Below, one piece after another: positions 24,546-36,750 of a stretch of DNA of 64,000 nt. The stretch's first letter is position 1, and the number at the start of each line of letters is the position of its first letter. Position numbers and translations under genes: made by a program. A model generated the notes under the pieces. The model saw only the letters and a program-made list of their open reading frames with translations. It did no database searches and was not told the DNA's origin. The stretch is taken from assembly GCF_028641065.1 (NCBI RefSeq), contig NC_073386.1, positions 26,040,001 to 26,104,000 of the forward strand. Reading direction: 5' to 3'. Origin of the DNA: Leucoraja erinacea. Its lineage: Eukaryota.

Positions 24546-25584
24546 CAGGTGCTATCTGTACAGAGTTTGTATGTTCTTCCTGTGGGTTTTCTCCAGGCGC
24601 TCTGGTTTCCTCCCACATTCCAAAGAAGTGCAGATTTGTAGGTTAATTGGCTTCTGTAAGATGTCCCTAATGTGTAGGATAGAACAAGTGTATGGGTAAT
24701 CGCTGGTCAGCTTGGATTCTGTGGTTCGAAGGGCCTGTTCCCACACTCTCAAACGAAAATGTAATGTTGGACAGGTTCCTTTGCTGAGAACAGTAAAATC
24801 CCTTTCAAAACATATTGAATTGTTTTTCAATTAAAAATTATACCACAGGTAGCATATCTAATTTAAGAACTATTCAAATTGAGATAGTTTATATTTAGAA
24901 TAAAGCCTCAGAAATTGGAAAAATTCCGACAACTGAAAGACTCCGAGGTGCATTTCTTGCTACCTACATGCTATCCAGTGACAAAACAGAGGCTAATATC
25001 TGTGAAACAATATCCATCAACATCGTGGGGATTGATGAAATGGCCACATTAATACTACGGCTGCCAGGCAGGGCAGTATCCGGATATCCTATGTCCGGTC
25101 ATTCAGCTTGTTTATTTCTACATGCTTTATCAAATGCTGAAGCCATTCCTTTATCAATGCTTGCAACTTCGTTATAGAATATTAGATGTATCTTCACCAC
25201 ACACAGTGTCATAGTGAAAGAACTACGTATAGGCAATAAGGCCCATAACCAAAAACTTATTTCAAAAAACTAGTCAGCATAAGGAAAATGACAAAGACAA
25301 TCCAAATGTATAGCCTCATTAATCAAGCTTCAAAGCTTCGCCATAGCATGCTAAGCCATGAAATGCATTATCCTTTCTCAGAAGATTATACAAGCAGAGA
25401 ATAAATTAAATAGGTTAAAGCAAATTAAAATAAATGGCTGTGACACATCCAAGTTTAATAAAATAATGGCAAATAAGCTAAATCACAGATGTAGCATAAC
25501 ATTTTTTTGTGCTATGAAGATATGTTGTAATGACAGAATTATTTGTTCATTATAAACATATCTTGTTGTAATGATAGAATATGT

Positions 25585-26055
25585 TGGGTTTCCTGAGTTT
25601 CAACAACTAAGTTACAGAGATAGGTTGAATAAGTTAGGTCTTTATTCTCGAGCGCAGAAGGTTAAGGGGGGACTTGATAGAGGTCTTTAAAATGATGAGA
25701 GGGATAGACAGAGTTGATGTGGACAAGCTTTTCCCTTTGAGAATAGGGAAGATTCAAACAAGAGGACATGACTTCAGAATTAAGGGACAGAAGTTTAGGG
25801 GTAATATGAGGGGGAACTTCTTTACTCAGAGAGTGGTAGCGGTGTGGAATGAGCTTCCAGTGGAAGTGGTGGAGGCAGGTTCATTGGTATCATTTAAAAA
25901 TAAATTGGATAGGCATATGGATGAGAAGGGAATGGAGGGTTATGGTATGAGTGCAGGCAGGTCGGACTAAGGGGAAAAAAATTTGTTCGGCACGGACTTG
26001 TAGGGCCGAGATGTCCTGTTTCCGTGCTGTAATTGTTATATGGTTATATGGTTAT
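25585..26055 (+). mobile_element. CR1 LINE 3' fragment
   Basis: LIEVFKMMRGIDRVD...TRGHDFRIKG...FFTQRVVAVWNELP; (TTATATGG)n tail. Confidence 0.85.
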
Positions 26056-26084
26056 GTTGTAATGACAGATTATCTGTTCACATA

Positions 26085-27553
26085 CAGTGCCTTCCATAAT
26101 GTTTGGGACAAAGACCCATCATTTATTTATTTACCTCTGTACTCCACAATTTCAGATTTGTAATAGAAAAAAATCACAAATGGTTAAAGTACACTGTCAG
26201 ATTTTAATAAAGGCAATTTGTATACATTTTTGTTTCACGATGTAGAAATTACAGCTGTGTTTATACTTAGTCCCCCATTTCAGGGCACTATAATGTTTGG
26301 GACACATGGCTTCACAGATGTTTGTTATTGCTCAGGTGTGTTTAATTGCCTCCTTTATGCGGGTACAAGAGAGCTCTCAGCACCTAGTCTTTTCATCACC
26401 GTTGGAAACTTTCATTTCTGTTTATCAATATGAGGACTAAAGTTGTGCCAATAAAAGTCAACTGAGCCATTGTGAGACTGAGTCACAAGAATAAAACTGT
26501 TAGAGACATCAGCCAAACCTAAGGCTTACCAAAATCAACTGTTTGGAACATCATTAAAATGAAAGAGAACACTGGTGAGCTTACTAATCGCAAAGGGACT
26601 GGCAAGCCCTGGAAGACCTCCACAGCTCATGACAGAAGCATTCTCTCTATAATAAAGAATAATCCCCAAACACCTGTGCGACAGATCAGAAAGACTCTTC
26701 AGGAGTCAGGTGTGGATTTGTCAATGACCACTGTCCGCAGAAGACTTCATGAACAGAAATACAGAGGCTACACTGCAAGATGCCCAAGATTCTATACCAC
26801 CTCATCTGTGAAATACGGTGGTGTGGGTGTTATGGCCTGAGCATGTATGGCTGCTGAAGGTACTGGTTCACTTATCTTCATTGATGATACAACTGCTGAT
26901 GGTAGTAGCATAATGAATTCTGGAGTGTATAAACACATCCTATCTGCTCAAGTTCAAACAAATGCCTCAAAACTCATTGGCCGGCGGTTCATTCTACAGC
27001 AAGACAATGATCCCAAACATACTTCTAAAGCAACAAAGGAGTTAATCAAAGCTAAAAAATGGTCAATTCTTGAGTGGCTAAGTCAATCACCCAATGTGAA
27101 CCCAATTGAGCATGCCTTTTATGTGCTGAAGAGTAAACTGAAGGGGACCAGGCCCCAAAACAAGCATAAGCTAAAGATGGCTGAAATACAGGCCTGGCAG
27201 AGCATCACCAGAGAAGACACCCAGTAACTGGTGATGCCCATGAATCACAGACTTCAAGCAGTCATTGCATGCAAAGGATATGCAACAAAATACTAAACAT
27301 CACTACTTTCATTTACATGTTATTGTTGTGTCCCAAACATTATGGTGCCCTGAAATGGGGGGGGGCAATGTATAAACACTGCTGTCATTGATACATGGTG
27401 AAACCAAAATGTATAAAAATTGCCTTTATTAAAATCTGACAATGTGCACTTTAACCATATGCAATTTTTTTCTATTACAAATCTGAAATTGTGGAGTACA
27501 GAGGCAAATAAACAAATGATGGGTCTTTGTCCCAAACATTATGGAGAGCACTG
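26085..27553 (+). mobile_element. Tc1/mariner transposon, internally deleted, IR/DR-type long TIRs
   Basis: TA|CAGTGCCTTCCATAATGTTTGGGACA...TGTCCCAAACATTATGGAGAGCACTG; >200-bp TIRs with an inner repeat at ~26281. Transposase remnant 26430-27296 (HTH, QQDNDPKH, SQSPNVNPIEH) has stops and a deletion removing the first catalytic D. Confidence 0.92.
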
Positions 27554-27688
27554 CAGTTGTAATGAACAATGAATTATTTGTTCATTATGTGTTCATTACA
27601 AGTAACTGTGCAAAGTTCGTTAAGACATAAGCTTTGCATCAGTAATAACTTTTCTTATTGTTTTCTCTTTTAATATATGCCTATATAG

Positions 27689-27851
27689 TCCAACCAAGCA
27701 GATCCCTTCAGTTCAGCTCCAGGAGCAGAACCTGGCAAAGATGGCTTTGGAAAAAATATATTCACAGAAGATGCCATAAAAAATGAAGAGTTGCCTCCAG
27801 CTTTACCACCAAAAATTGGTACTCCAACAAGACCTCCACCTCCACCACCTA
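27689..27851 (+). CDS. EPS15: EPS15 coding exon with the proline-rich PPALPPKIGTPTRPPPPP motif
   Basis: tatag/gtaagt, 163 nt, phase 0/1; PALPPKIGTPTRP is identical to EPS15. Confidence 0.95.
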
Positions 27852-28094
27852 GTAAGTGAACAAGGTGGTTTTAAAACTGGGAAGGTTTTGTTGCCAGAGT
27901 TAATTTTACCACTTTAATTATTCACATAAAGTAAAAAAGTAAATCAAATTTCCTAAGTTCATTATGGAATATTTCCTTCATTTAATTTATATTGTCATAT
28001 GTTATCCTCTGTCAGTTTTTAACTTATTGAAATTTGATCATTTCAACATAAGATATTGAGAGGTTTATGTTTAATATTGTGTTTTTAAATGTAG

Positions 28095-28270
28095 GTAAAA
28101 GACTTTCTCTTGTTAAGTCAGAATCGAACGACTCCTTCAAGTTAAATGATCCTTTCCACCCATTTAACTCGGGGGATTCATTCCATGAAGAGAAACAACT
28201 TGATCCATTTGCTCCTACTTCTCCAAGTAAAGTTATTGGAGACAACCCAAATTTTGCAAACTTCAATACT
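28095..28270 (+). CDS. EPS15: EPS15 coding exon: KRLSLVKSESNDSFKLNDPF...NFANFNT
   Basis: tgtag/gtaagt, 176 nt, phase 1/0; FKLNDPF and NFANF conserved. Confidence 0.95.
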
Positions 28271-28882
28271 GTAAGTATTTGAATTTGTTTGAGTTGTTAA
28301 TTTTCTTTAACGTGCAAAAGCCGTCTGTATTGTTAATACATCTTGTTTTTGTATATATGGCAGCATGAAATTCTTACAATAGCTTGTGAATCTATACTCC
28401 AGGAGTTGTACAACCAGAATTTTTATTCACAGTTGCCAGAGTACATTGTTTAACTTGTCAGTTGGTCAGAATAATAGGCAAAATGGAAAGCCAATTGAGT
28501 CAGCCATGCTTGAATCTTTCTTTTGAACACCCCTCCAAAAACATTTTTAATGTGCTGTCCTGGGTGATGGAGTTCTTCAAAGAAATTTTAGAGTAGCAGC
28601 TAAAAACATACAGTAAACGGGTCATGTATTTTATCATTAAACTTATGTGACTTCCAATTAATTTTGCAAACAAAAAAAATTGTCAATGGTTTGACCTTAC
28701 AGAGGAAAAATTCTAAAGGAAAAACATTAATTTGGAAAATTTTCCTTTTATCAAAATACTGATGCCTTTTGAAGAGATAGTTTTAAACTGAGGCTCTACT
28801 TCCTTGTTGCTTTGCCATATTTTAAATGTATTCAAAGTGATACCATCAGAAACATTTGAATTTGTAGTTTTGAAGTGACATA

Positions 28883-30501
28883 CAGTGGCTTGCAAAAGTT
28901 TTCATACCCCTTGAACTTTTCCACATTTTGTCATGTTACAACCACAAACGTAAATGTATTTTATTGGGATTTTATGTGATAGACCAACACAAGTGGTGCA
29001 TAATTGTGAAGTGGGGAAGGAAAATGATACATGGTTTTCAAATTTTTTTACAAATAAAAAACTGAAAAGTGTGGCGTGCAAAAGTATTCAGCCCCCCCGA
29101 GTCAATACTTTGTAGAACCACCTTTCGCTGCAATTACAGCTGCAAGTCTTTTGGGGTATGTCTCTGCCAGCTTTGCACATCTAATGACTGAAATGTTTGC
29201 CCATTCTTCTTTGCAAAATAGCTCAAGCTCAGTCAGATTGGATGGAGAGCGTCTGTGAACAGCAATTTTCAAGTCTTGCCAGAGATTCTCAATTGGATTT
29301 AGGTCTGGACTTTGACTGGGCCATTCTAACACATGAATATGCTTTGATCTAAACCATTCCATTGTAGCTCTGGCTGTAAGTTTAGGGTCGTTGTCCTGCT
29401 GGAAGTGAACCTCCGCCCCAGTCTCAAGTCTTTTGCAGACTCTTAACAGGTTTTCTTCCAAGATTGCCCTGTATTTGGCTCCATCCATCTTCCCATCAAC
29501 TCTGACCAGCTTCCCTGTCCCTGCTGAAGAAAAGCATCCCCACAGCATGATGCTGCCACCACCATGTTTCACAGTGGGGATGGTGTGTTCAGGGTGATGT
29601 GCAGTGTTAGTTTTCCGCCACACACAGCGTTTTGCATTTAGGCCAAAAACTTAAATTTTTTGTCTCATCCGAACAGAGCACCTTCCTCCACATGTTTGCT
29701 GTATCCCCTACATGGCTTGTGGCAAACTGCAAATGGGACTTCTTATGGCTTTTTTTCAACAATGGCTTTCTTCTTGCCACTCTTCCATAAAGGCCCGATT
29801 TGTGGAGTGCACGACTAATAGGTGTCCTGTGGACAGATTCTCCCACCTGAGCTGTGGATATCTGCAGCTCCTCCAGAGTTACCATGGGCCTCTTGGCTGC
29901 TTCTCTGATCAATGCTCTCCTTGCCCGGCCTGTCAGTTTAGGTGGACGGCCATGTCTTGGTAGGTTTGCAGTTGTGCCATACTCTTTCCATTTTCAGATG
30001 ATGGATTGAACAGTGCTCCGTGAGATGTTCAAAACTTAGGATATGTTTTTATAACCTAACCCTGCTTTAAACTTCTCCACAACTTTATCCCTGACCTGTC
30101 TGGTGTGTTCCTTAGGCTTCATGATGCTGTTTGTTCACTAATGTTCTCTAACAAACCTCTGAGGCCTTCTCAGAACAGCTGTATTTATACTGAGATTAGA
30201 TTACACACAAGTGGACTCTGTTTACTAATTAGGTGACTTCTGAAAGCAATTGGTTGCACTGGATTTTATTTAGGGGTATCAGAGTAAAGGGGGCTGAATA
30301 CATTTGCACGCCACACTTTTCAGTTTTTTATTTGTAAAAAAATTTGAAAACCATGTATAATTTTCTTTCCACTTCACAATTATGCACCACTTTGTGTTGG
30401 TCTATCACATAAAATCCCAATAAAATACATCTACGTTTGTGGTTGTAACGTGACAAAATGTGGAAAAGTTCAAGGGGTATGAATACTTTTGCAAGCCACT
30501 G
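28883..30501 (-). mobile_element. Full-length Tc1 (DD34E-type) transposon, pseudogenised
   Basis: TA|CAGTGGCTTGCAAAAG...CTTTTGCAAGCCACTG|TA; ~215-bp near-identical TIRs. Transposase 30122-29102 (MKPKEHTRQVRDK...SDETK...QQDNDPK...SPDLNPIENLW...KGGSTKY) has a stop and frameshifts. Confidence 0.95.
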
Positions 30502-30743
30502 TACACTCCATTAGTTACTCAATCCTAACACGCTGTCGGCTAAAGAGAAAGGTGATGAGCTTTTATACATTGGTGTCAAGATGGTTGTAGTGGCAGATTA
30601 TCATATCGTTCAAGAGATCGCTCCGTTAGCCACTCACGGTATTAGGAGTATGTCGTTTCGATACGCATGTCAGCTCTCAATGTCCTTCAGGTTTAAAGCT
30701 TCTTGAAAGATAAATCCTCATAACACACTTTTGATTAATAGTT

Positions 30744-30891
30744 CTAGAAGGAACTGCAGATGCTGGAAGATCGAAGGTACACAAAAATGCTGGAGAAACT
30801 CAGCGGGTGCAGCAGCGTCTATGGAGCGAAGGATGCTTCGCTCCATAGATGCTGCTGCACCCGCTGAGTTTCTCCAGCATTTTTGTGTACC
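30744..30891. mobile_element. Fold-back pair of Penelope terminal fragments with a 14-bp TSD
   Basis: ~58-bp near-perfect inverted arms around a GATG loop; TTTGATTAATAGTT at 30730-30743 and 30892-30905. Confidence 0.85.
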
Positions 30892-31410
30892 TTTGATTAA
30901 TAGTTTCTTTATTGTTGAAGAAAAAACAGTAAGATATCCATCCAACATTCCTTCACTCTTACATTTTAAACTTCATCAAACTTCAGCTTATGGCTTAGAA
31001 ATGTTAGAAAACTCTCATGGTCAAAAAGCTATACCCTCATCCATGGTCCTCCAAACTAGACTAACTCGCTAACAGCTTCTGCGCAAGAGAACCCAGCAGC
31101 AAACAAGCCACTGACTATGTAATAAATCCCACCCACATAATTACGGGTAGACTAAAATTTAAAGACAAATGCCATAATTAATGACACGCAAAATAAAGCC
31201 AATGGTCTTTGCAGATTGTATTTGTTGCTAATAATTGATATCGATATATATGTAAAAATAAACTGAATTGATTTTCAGAATGTGATGACAACGATATCTT
31301 AATAACATATTGGCACTGCAAGTGCAAAATATATTGACAATGTTTTTTCTATCTGCACTCTATAAGAACAGTTTGTAGTTTCCTGTTCAGCTCTCTTTTT
31401 AATGTTTCAG

Positions 31411-31557
31411 TATCCCAGCGAGGAAGACCAGATAGAGTGGGCCAAAAGGGAAAGTGAACGAGCAGAGGAGGAGCGACTAGCCAGATTAAACCAACAAGAA
31501 CAAGAGGATTTGGAACTAGCTATAGCACTTAGTAAATCTGAAATATCTGAAGCATGA
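31411..31557 (+). CDS. EPS15: EPS15 terminal coding exon, tandem UIMs and stop
   Basis: YPSEEDQIEWAKRESERAEEERLARLNQQEQEDLELAIALSKSEISEA*, nearly identical to the EPS15 C-terminus; tttcag acceptor. Confidence 0.98.
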   Translation, partial: YPSEEDQIEWAKRESERAEEERLARLNQQEQEDLELAIALSKSEISEA

Positions 31558-32184
31558 TGTGCTCCTTCACAATTATTGGTTGCCTTGACTCGCCAAACCA
31601 ATTATGTTCTTACTAAAGTGTTTTCCATAGAAGCTACCTAAAGTAAACTTGGAAGTACTGGAGACTCTGACTTCTTGACATGAAATTATTTGTTTGTTAC
31701 TGAAAAGATCAGTATGGTGAAACTTATTAATTCAGTACCATTAAATAACCTTTATCCTGTATATTAAACAAAAGCAACGTACAAACTAAATACCGAGGTA
31801 AATTTGGATTAAATGCAGCCAAGTCAATTCTAATAATACTATTCTGCTTTATTGGGTAACGGAGCCTATCATCTCAGCAGCTTCCTGTTTAAATAATATT
31901 GTTCAATAGAATACTTGTCATTGAACAGCTGTATATATTACACCTACTTAGTTACAAAGTAGATTTAAAAATCATAAACTTCGAGTGTAGCACATTAACT
32001 GTTTCTGTAACCACCAATTGCTGGCAATATATAACTGTATAGAGCATATGTTTCAGCTTACCCTCTGAAACTGCTGCTGTAAGTTAAACGTGCACTGCTA
32101 AACTTTTTACTGGCTTTATTTTTTTAAACTTATCCGTTTATGAATTTTAAGTGACATTCCTTTTATGTTCATGCTGACTGGATG

Positions 32185-32194
32185 AATAAATAAA
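32185..32194 (+). terminator. Candidate EPS15 polyadenylation signal (overlapping AATAAATAAA)
   Basis: First AATAAA found downstream of the stop, in an AT-rich 3' UTR without recognisable repeats; the UTR may extend further. Confidence 0.45.
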
Positions 32195-34008
32195 CAAATT
32201 GTAAGCTTATATAAAGATATTCTGTTCAATCCATTGAAATATGGTATACATTCAACTCTGCCTCAAAGATGAAGGTCTGCAAGCACAGTCTAGAAACCAA
32301 CAGGGTTTACTGTTTTTTTTAATGTCCTTTTCCAAATCTAACTGAGTGCATCCCATGTGTTAACTTGCATTTTTTTTTGCTTTTTTTTTTTGCATTGAAG
32401 ATGTCTATCTCGTTCAGTATGTAGCTTTCTATTAACCAATGTCAACATCAAAAATATAATATACTATGCCAAGTTTTTTGTTTTTTGTACACTCATTCTC
32501 ATTACCACCCCATTTCCTTCTTTACCACCTTTTCTCACTATTCTGAAAGGGTATCCAGTTTTTAAAAAAAGGACATTTTCTCATGCCGTTCTTATTTGCT
32601 ACCTGTTTACTTTTTTTGTTGAACTTGCAAATATAATTTCCTATATAATAGAAATATACCTAATACAACTGAAAGCATTATTATATTTGTGTTTTCGTGT
32701 CTCAAGGCCCTCAGAACTGTATTTTGACATTTGTGGTTATCCACTTTCCTGAGTGAAGGATCATCTATGGCCATATATATTTATTGATATGTTTCTGTGA
32801 AGTTTATTAATTGACTGTTTCTATATTTCTAATGTACCATTCTAATGTATCATTATATCTGGCAGTTTTGTTGTGAATATCCCATTGCAAATACTTATTA
32901 CTATCCATCTTGGTTTTAGCTATTCCCTTTTTTGCTGATTTTTTTTCCCATTGTGTCATACTTTTTATTTCAAATATTTTATTTTATTTGCCAACATCTT
33001 TTGTACTACTCTCTTGGGTTTTGACTTTTGCTCGTTCCCCTTTAATGGGATTCCTATTTTATGGATTCATATGTTTTTATAGATATTTTGCTTTTGTGAT
33101 CATTTTTTAAAATTCTTACACCCCATTGTTTTAATTGCTTTTTCAAATGCTGCTCACTTGATAAAGGTGGTTGATGCTATATATTGACGAGCATCTTCCA
33201 TCTTTATCTATAACCATCAAAGGAACAATTAACTTAAATTTTAAAAAAAACTGCATATGCTGGAAGCTGAAAAATAAACAATATGTGAATCACTCAGGAG
33301 GTCGGGCATAATCTGTGGCATCAACTAATTTGATCTGACCAGTGATATTCCCTTTGTTCTACTCAATCGTCCGCCATTACTGCAAGCTTGCTTGTTTTCA
33401 CCCAAGAGGTTTACTTTGTTTCTATTTCCATATGTGCTGCCTAACCTGTGGAGTATTCCTGCAATTTCTGTTTTTACACAAGCTCAGGTGGACTAGACCA
33501 CTCGACCCAGCAGTTCTATGATTTTTGTTTTACCTCAATGCAATTTTCCTATTCTATTCCTTAATTTAATTTACTTAATTTCAATACCCAAAACCATAGC
33601 AATCTTTATTTTGCTCAGTGACTAAGCTTCCGGAGTCTTAGTGAGATTTACAAATACTCATGATGGTCTGGATGAAGAAATTTCTTGGTTGACCCTCTTA
33701 TTTGGAGATGAGCCCGTTTCAAAACACCGCAGCCTTGTGAACCAACATCACTGTTCCAACTCCAATCAGAATTTTGTAGGTTCAATAAAATTACTTCTCT
33801 TCTAAACACAAGAAGCACCAAGCCAAATTTGCTCAATCGCTTTTCATAGGAAACCACTTCCCCCATTATTTGCAATTTCAGGAAGCAGTTTAGCAACTGC
33901 GTTTGGTTTCTGTGTTGTACAAGCAACTACAATGTGGACACCTAATTGAGTATACTAATTTAGAAGTGCGTGAATTTCTGGTGAAATAATTATTTGTATC
34001 TATGGATA

Positions 34009-34285
34009 GTGAAATGAAAAAAAAATGAAATGATTCAATTTATTGTCATTGTCAGTGTACAGTACAGAGACAACGAAATGCATTTTTAGCATCTCCCTTG
34101 AAAGGGAGACACAGGGCGTCGCGGTGTGCCCGCGCCTGCCGCCGTAATTACATTCCATTACAGGCAAAGGTGGGTGAAGTGTCTTGCCCAAGGACACAAC
34201 GACAGTATGCACTCCAAGCGGGATTTGAACCGGCTACCTTCCGGTTGCCAGCCGAACTCTTAGCCCATTGTGCTATCTGTCGCCC
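34009..34285 (-). mobile_element. tRNA-derived CORE-type SINE
   Basis: Minus strand: A box TAGCACAATGG, B box GGTTCAAATCCC, CORE-like GTGTCCTTGGGCAAGACACTTCACCC and a LINE-like tail with AATAAA plus (ATTTC)n. Confidence 0.75.
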
Positions 34286-34914
34286 ACGAGTGGAAGGGGT
34301 AAAAAACTGATGGCGCATTAGCATTTCATCCAAAAGACCGCCCTGAGCATGTCACTTTAATTCTCCATCTCACTTCTGCACTCTTCTAATAAAGTCCAAT
34401 GTAATCTGGAGGTAAAGTATTTCATTTTTCAACTGGGCATTTTACAGTCTTAAATTCAATTTTGACCAACCATTTCAGCTAAGTTGATTTCTCAGTTTGT
34501 GTTTCTGGGAGATACAATGCAGTTACGTTGAATAGTAGACTGAAAGGTTAAATGGAAAGTCACATTGAATAAACTAACTTTATTTGTGATTTAACGGATA
34601 TACAAATGATCGATATTCTGATAAAACAATTTATTTAAGTAGGGCAATGAAAATAAGCAAGTATTATCTTTAAATTAGATTTGACCTTTTGGGAGTGAAA
34701 TTAGGAAACACTTTTAAGATAAAGGTTCGTGCAAATATGGGCTTAGATTTCTAGAGGAAAGAATGACAGTAACAATTTTCTTATAGGTTTGATCAAACTA
34801 TCATCATTGATTTAGCACAATAAGATCGATTGTACGCCCCATTTTTCTTACCAGTATATTGTACCAGCTTACCGTCACCTTTCCAAAAGGGTCACTTTGA
34901 TATTGGAGGCACAA

Positions 34915-35230
34915 TGTTTTTAGTTTTAGAGAGACAGCGTGGAAACGGGCCAATTGAGTCCCTGCTGACCATCGATCACCCGTTCATACTAGCTCTATGT
35001 TATCATGTTTTCTTATGCACTCCCAATACATTTGGGTCAATTTTACAGAGGCTAATTAACCCAAAACCCCACACTTTTTTGGGGTTGTGGGAGGAAACTG
35101 AAGCTACCAGAGAGAAAACCCACTCATTCACAGGGAGAATATGTAAACGCCACACAAACAGCACCCAAAATCAGGATCGAACCCAGGCTTCTGAGGCAGC
35201 AGCTCCACCAAGTGTGTCACCATGTTGCCC
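34915..35230 (-). mobile_element. V-SINE (HE1-like)
   Basis: Reverse complement of the head and V-domain (GTGGGAGGAAAC...GGATCGAACCCAGG). Confidence 0.65.
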
Positions 35231-35317
35231 TCTGATTGTCATATTCAGGTCAATTGTTGTGTAATGTAATGGTAATGGTCTGTGTCTGTTGGAATTCAGA
35301 AGAACTATAAACAGTGT

Positions 35318-35443
35318 AAGAAGGAATTGCAGATGCTGGTTTAAACCGAAGATGGACACAAAAAGCTGTAGTAACTCAGTGGGACAGGCAGCATCCCTGG
35401 AGAGAAGGAATGGGTGACATTTCGGGTCGAGACCCTTCTTCAG
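35318..35443 (-). mobile_element. 126-bp solo Penelope terminal fragment with hammerhead-like motif and 14-bp TSD
   Basis: ACTATAAACAGTGT at 35304-35317 and 35444-35457; the minus strand begins at CTGAAGAAGGGTCTCGACCCGAAA. Confidence 0.85.
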
Positions 35444-35964
35444 ACTATAAACAGTGTTCAATTCATAGAACTGCTAAGAAAGTGCTGGTTTGTTTCAATT
35501 ATATTTGCATGCAAAAGAGCAAAATGTTTTTTAATTAAAACTACTCTGAAGGAAAAGATACTCAAATCATTCCACTTCCAAAGAGGAATACTGAAAATAC
35601 AGTATTTGGAAAAAACACGTGAATTCTAAATTGAGTCAAAATTTTGATGTAGGTTTGTATTTCAGCTCTTCTGCAGGGTGAGGTATGCCTTTTCTTTTAC
35701 ACGGGAAAGTGACCAAGGATTGGTCCTGTTGCTATTGACAATCATCGCCAAAGATCAATAGTTCCATTCTATTTGATCAAGATCTGCATCTCTGACTCTG
35801 TAATGGTGAACTTTATTATCAATATCTGTCTTCGAGAGACTTATGAAATATGGTCAGCAATACATGTTATCCAGGGTTTTTGCTACAAATCTTTATTATT
35901 GGAGTCAGCGTTGTACAATGGGGACAGGTCGGTAGAGGACTTTGAATTTAAGAGTCGTAGAATC

Positions 35965-36250
35965 TGAGTGTGGAAACAGGCCCTTCAGCCCAACCTGCCC
36001 ACGCCGACTTATCTACTCTAGTCCCACCTGTCTGTGTTTGGACAATATCCCTCTAAGCCTAACCTATTCATGTACTTGTCCGAATGTTTTTAAAATGTTG
36101 TGATACTATCTGTTTCAACAACTTCCTCCAACAGCTCATTCCATGCACCCACCACCCTTTGTGTAAAAAAAAAAGTTGCCCCTCTGGTTCCTATTAAATC
36201 TTTCCCCTTCACTTTAAACCTATGCCCTCTGGTTCGTAATTCCTACCCTG
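35965..36250 (-). mobile_element. CR1 LINE 3' fragment
   Basis: Reverse complement of TRGHRFKVKG...FTQRVVGAWNEL and 3' UTR. Confidence 0.65.
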
Positions 36251-36750
36251 GTTCCATTTGGGGATGTTCGTGTGGGACCTATCCTCTCATATGATGATAA
36301 GTCAGCTTGGCCTCTAAATGTGTATAAGTGCAAGTGTCATCTGTGTACTGCAAATCCACCACTGAGGTCCAAGTAACTTTCATTCTGGAGTGGGTGTAGG
36401 TTGCACAACTGCCCACAATAGTCCATCTGTCAAATTGTTGTCTGTTCAATAAACTTATCCACACCTCTGAAACTTGCTAATCCACCTATCTTAGTATCTT
36501 CAACTTATTTGGTTATAGTACACTTAAGTCCCTTTAGTCATGTCATTAAACAATTAAGGCACCAACACTGATCTTGTGAACCTACAAGTTATAGATTGCC
36601 AAACAGAAAATAATTAATTTCTGTTATTAATATAATCAACATTTGCTCCTGAAAATTGATTAAAATATGGTATTTATATTTAACCATGGCTAATTATTAA
36701 TAGAGAATACATTCAGCAGGGTAAGCAACATCTGTAGAGAAACAAAGTTA

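Noticed and set aside
29102-30122. Active transposase gene
   Set aside because: An early in-frame stop and at least two frameshifts.
7212-31557. Assignment to the paralogue EPS15L1
   Set aside because: PALPPKIGTPTRP, the SKSEISEA* ending and the downstream TTC39A exon fit EPS15.
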